DNA of 40,603 bases from an uncultured bacterium (lineage in GTDB: Bacteria > SAR324 > NAC60-12), in NCBI GenBank assembly GCA_965662235.1, contig CBFIGY010000026.1, forward strand, positions 1-40,603. Reading direction: 5' to 3'. This document shows, piece after piece, positions 38,001 to 40,603 of this stretch (position 1 is the first letter of the stretch; each line of letters begins with the position of its first letter). The position numbers and the translations under genes are program-made. The notes under the pieces are model-generated. The model saw nothing but the letters and a program-made list of their open reading frames with translations, was not told the DNA's origin and searched no databases.

Positions 38001-38146
38001 GGCTCAAGAGTCCGGTAAATGCTGCTTTCATGGCCTCTCTTATTGCCTCCTTTCCCATTTGAAAACCCGTAATTTTACACATATCACCCTTTCAGGTTTT
38101 CCAAGAGAATCGGCGCTCCTTAGTCAACAGGTACCGGAAAGCCCTC

Positions 38147-38710
38147 ATGAAATTCGTCAAGGACCCCAAGCTGATTCGCTGGCTGATTGCCCTCTCAGGA
38201 GGAGGCGCCCTTCTGCTCTGGGCGTTGGTGGGATGGGTTGCCACGGAGGAGGTCTTTCATGCCACAGAAGACGCCGCGTTTTGTGGCACCTGCCACGTCA
38301 TGGCCCCCATGATTGCCGCCTACGAACAGGACCCGCACGGAGGACGAAACGTCCATGGCATCAAGGCGGTGTGCCTAGACTGCCACCTTCCGCATGAGAG
38401 CGCCTGGGGATACGCGTGGGCCAAGGCCCAGACCGGAACCCATGACGTCTGGGCGCAGCTGACCTATGACCTGACGGCGATTGACTGGGAGGCCAAGCGC
38501 GAGCGCCGTAGCGAGTACACCTACGACTCCGGATGCCTCGCCTGTCACCAGAACCTGGAGCAGGCCACCATGGCCAGCAACAAAGCCTTTGTGGCCCACC
38601 GGCCCTACTTTCAAAAGACCACCCGCCAAACCTGCGTTTCCTGTCACCCGCATGTCGGGCACACCGACCTGACGGAGCAGCTGACCTCCAAGGAATTCGC
38701 TCAATTCTAA
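38147..38710 (+). CDS. NapC/NirT-family membrane-anchored tetrahaem cytochrome c
   Basis: N-terminal TM and four CxxCH (CGTCH, CLDCH, CLACH, CVSCH) followed by HVGH. Confidence 0.9.
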   Translation: MKFVKDPKLIRWLIALSGGGALLLWALVGWVATEEVFHATEDAAFCGTCHVMAPMIAAYEQDPHGGRNVHGIKAVCLDCHLPHESAWGYAWAKAQTGTHDVWAQLTYDLTAIDWEAKRERRSEYTYDSGCLACHQNLEQATMASNKAFVAHRPYFQKTTRQTCVSCHPHVGHTDLTEQLTSKEFAQF

Positions 38711-38727
38711 CTGTACCGAAGGACCCC

Positions 38728-40047
38728 ATGCTCTTGCGTTTGCTTCTCTCTGGCCTCCTCCTTGTGTGGGGCACCCTGCTGGTTGCCAATGAGCCTCAAT
38801 CGGAATCGGTTGGGGACCTCAGTCACGTGCGGTCCATTGTCATTGACCGGGGCCTGACGGCGGCAGGAAAGGAGTGTGTCAGCTGCCACCAGCAGTACAA
38901 CCCCGGCATCATCAACGACTGGAAGAACAGCCGACACGCCCACGTTGGGGTTTCCTGCATCGACTGCCATGCGGTGCCCAAGAGCTCCCCCATGGCCACA
39001 CAGCATGAAACCCTGGTGGGCACCGATGTCTTCATCTCCGCCCTGGTTGCTCCTTCCACCTGCGCCCGCTGCCACGCCAAGGAAGCGGAGCAGTTTCAAG
39101 AGAGCGGACACTTCCGGGCCTATCACCAGATCATCCCCAAAGACAGCCTCCATGCACTCGTGCAACGGCATGAAGGCCGGAACCACCCTGAACTCAGCAA
39201 CGCCCCCAATGAAACGGGCTGCATCCAGTGCCACGGCACCAAGATCGAGCTTGACGAAACCGGACGCCCCCTAGCCTCCACGTGGCCCAACGCCGGCATG
39301 GGCAACATCTACCCAGACGGCAGCACCGGCAACTGCTCCACCTGCCACACCCGGCATGCCTTCAGCATTGAAGAAGCCCGCAAGCCCGCCGCCTGCGCCT
39401 CCTGCCACCTGGGCCCGGATCATCCGGACATTGAGGTCTTTGAAAACAGCAAGCACGGACACGTGTTTGCCGCAGATGGGAACAACTGGAAGTGGGACTC
39501 GGCTCCGGATGCCTGGGAACCCGGGGACTACCGGGGGCCCACCTGCACCACCTGTCACATGAGTGGCATCGGTGAGTTGCAGACCACCCACAACGTCACA
39601 GAACGGCTCTACTGGAACCTCTGGGCCAAGGAGTCCAAGGTCCGGAACTCCAATGACGTCCTCAGCCCCCTGCTTGGGAATGGACCCGAAGGGCGCGCCA
39701 AGATGAAGCAGGTCTGCCAGTCCTGCCACATGAAGCAGCACACCGATAACTTCTTTGCTCAGGGCGACAAAGCCGTCCGGCTCTACAACGAAGGCTACTA
39801 CCAGCCGGCCACCCAGATGCTCAACGACCTAGAAAGCAAGGGGCTGCTGGACGAAAACCCCTGGGTTGATGAATTCCAGATCACCTACTACCACCTCTGG
39901 CACCATGAAGGCCGACGCGCCCGCCATGGCGCCCTGATGGGGGCACCAGACTACGCCCACTGGCACGGCTTCTTTGAGCTCCAGCAGGACCTCTACAAGC
40001 TTGAGAAGCTCTACAAGAAACGTCTGGAGACGGGAACCATCGAGTAA
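38728..40047 (+). CDS. Octahaem HAO-family cytochrome c (epsilon-Hao-like)
   Basis: Signal peptide from ATG 38728. Eight CxxCH (CVSCH, CIDCH, CARCH, CIQCH, CSTCH, CASCH, CTTCH, CQSCH), HLGPDHP, SKHG, WHHEGRRAR, APDYAHWHG. Confidence 0.88.
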   Translation: MLLRLLLSGLLLVWGTLLVANEPQSESVGDLSHVRSIVIDRGLTAAGKECVSCHQQYNPGIINDWKNSRHAHVGVSCIDCHAVPKSSPMATQHETLVGTDVFISALVAPSTCARCHAKEAEQFQESGHFRAYHQIIPKDSLHALVQRHEGRNHPELSNAPNETGCIQCHGTKIELDETGRPLASTWPNAGMGNIYPDGSTGNCSTCHTRHAFSIEEARKPAACASCHLGPDHPDIEVFENSKHGHVFAADGNNWKWDSAPDAWEPGDYRGPTCTTCHMSGIGELQTTHNVTERLYWNLWAKESKVRNSNDVLSPLLGNGPEGRAKMKQVCQSCHMKQHTDNFFAQGDKAVRLYNEGYYQPATQMLNDLESKGLLDENPWVDEFQITYYHLWHHEGRRARHGALMGAPDYAHWHGFFELQQDLYKLEKLYKKRLETGTIE

Positions 40048-40070
40048 CCTCCGGCTTCCTCCCCCTCCTG

Positions 40071-40108
40071 CTCCCTTCAGCCTTCTGCCCCTGAGCAAAG
40101 CCGAAGGG
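40071..40108. repeat. Degenerate copy of the REP-like repeat
   Basis: CTCCCTTCAGCCTTCTGCCCCTGAGCAAAGCCGAAGGG resembles the 37903 unit. Its last 20 nt match the reverse complement of 37859-37878 at 16/20. Confidence 0.6.
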
Positions 40109-40111
40109 GGC

Positions 40112-40603
40112 CTACACCACAATCATTCCTGCCTCACGACGAGCTCGCGTCAGCGCCACGTGCATGAGGCACCGGACCTCCACGGAGGCAGATGACTCCA
40201 GCAGATGCTTCTCCAACACCACAATGACCCGATCAAACTCGAGTCCTTTGGAACGATGCATGGTTGCCAACCGAAGGGCCGGTGAGTCTCCAGGGTCAGG
40301 GGTGTCTCGATCCAGGGTCACACAGTCCCACCCACGTCCTTCCAAAACCGTCTGCAGGTGGTCCCGGTCTCTCTGACGACTGGTCATGAGGCAGGTATGG
40401 AGAGGCTCCTCGGCAGTTGAAGCCTGGAACGTCTGCTGCAGAAGGTGCTCCGCCAGCAATGGCACCTCCTCCCAGCTTGAGGCTTCTTCAATGTGAGGAG
40501 AGGGGCCATGTGAGAGGGATTTGTAGCGCCGGCTTTCGTCCAAGGCCCCATCCAGATCGTCAATCTCCCGTCCTTCCAGCAGTCCCACAGCATACTGGCG
40601 AAT
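40112..40603 (-). CDS. UvrD-like (SF1) helicase, C-terminal part (gene starts beyond window)
   Basis: Frame open from window end (IRQYAVGLLEG...). LATMHRSKGLEF (motif V) and HVALTRAR (motif VI). Confidence 0.85.
   Translation of the reverse strand: MRQYAVGLLEGREIDDLDGALDESRRYKSLSHGPSPHIEEASSWEEVPLLAEHLLQQTFQASTAEEPLHTCLMTSRQRDRDHLQTVLEGRGWDCVTLDRDTPDPGDSPALRLATMHRSKGLEFDRVIVVLEKHLLESSASVEVRCLMHVALTRARREAGMIVV

Noticed and set aside
38533..38727. 65-aa extension of the octahaem ORF overlapping napC
   Set aside because: Signal peptide and RBS (AAGGA) point to ATG 38728.
37734..40603. Prophage or integrative element at tRNA-Ala
   Set aside because: No integrase, transposase, phage gene or att duplication visible in the window; kept only as a hypothesis in findings.

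Overview
GC-rich bacterial chromosomal window, mostly housekeeping genes in patchwork order. Gene content and style suggest a deltaproteobacterial-grade lineage such as SAR324, but that is an unverified impression. Left to right: a partial haem-c lipoprotein missed by the ORF track; scpA; aceA with a divergent RamB/ScfR-type regulator; a PilZ-like protein, inositol monophosphatase and a GlgX-like gene; ppa; trpD; a GldAFG-like ABC transporter; nth; gpsA; an O-antigen ligase; a quinone oxidoreductase; a DMT transporter; two small unknown ORFs. A long minus-strand run follows (in transcription order): pyrE, HEPN-like, Nudix, PilZ, an adenylate cyclase with pseudo-REC/TPR/PilZ domains, a degenerate type II dehydroquinase, an orphan GspC, a GT39 glycosyltransferase, a chemoreceptor and ODP. 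Then come cysE, clpS-clpA, rsmE, dsbA, uvrC, tRNA-Glu(TTC), tRNA-Ala(GGC), a NapC + octahaem HAO-like pair bracketed by REP-like repeats, and the 3' end of a UvrD-like helicase. Top leads: the cyclase-PilZ / pseudo-DHQase / GspC signalling cluster, a two-state RNA switch candidate in the aceA leader, the reductive-type octahaem cassette at tRNA-Ala, and a CCTGG->CCTAG methylation scar. All assignments are from manual motif recognition; no searches or folding programs were run.
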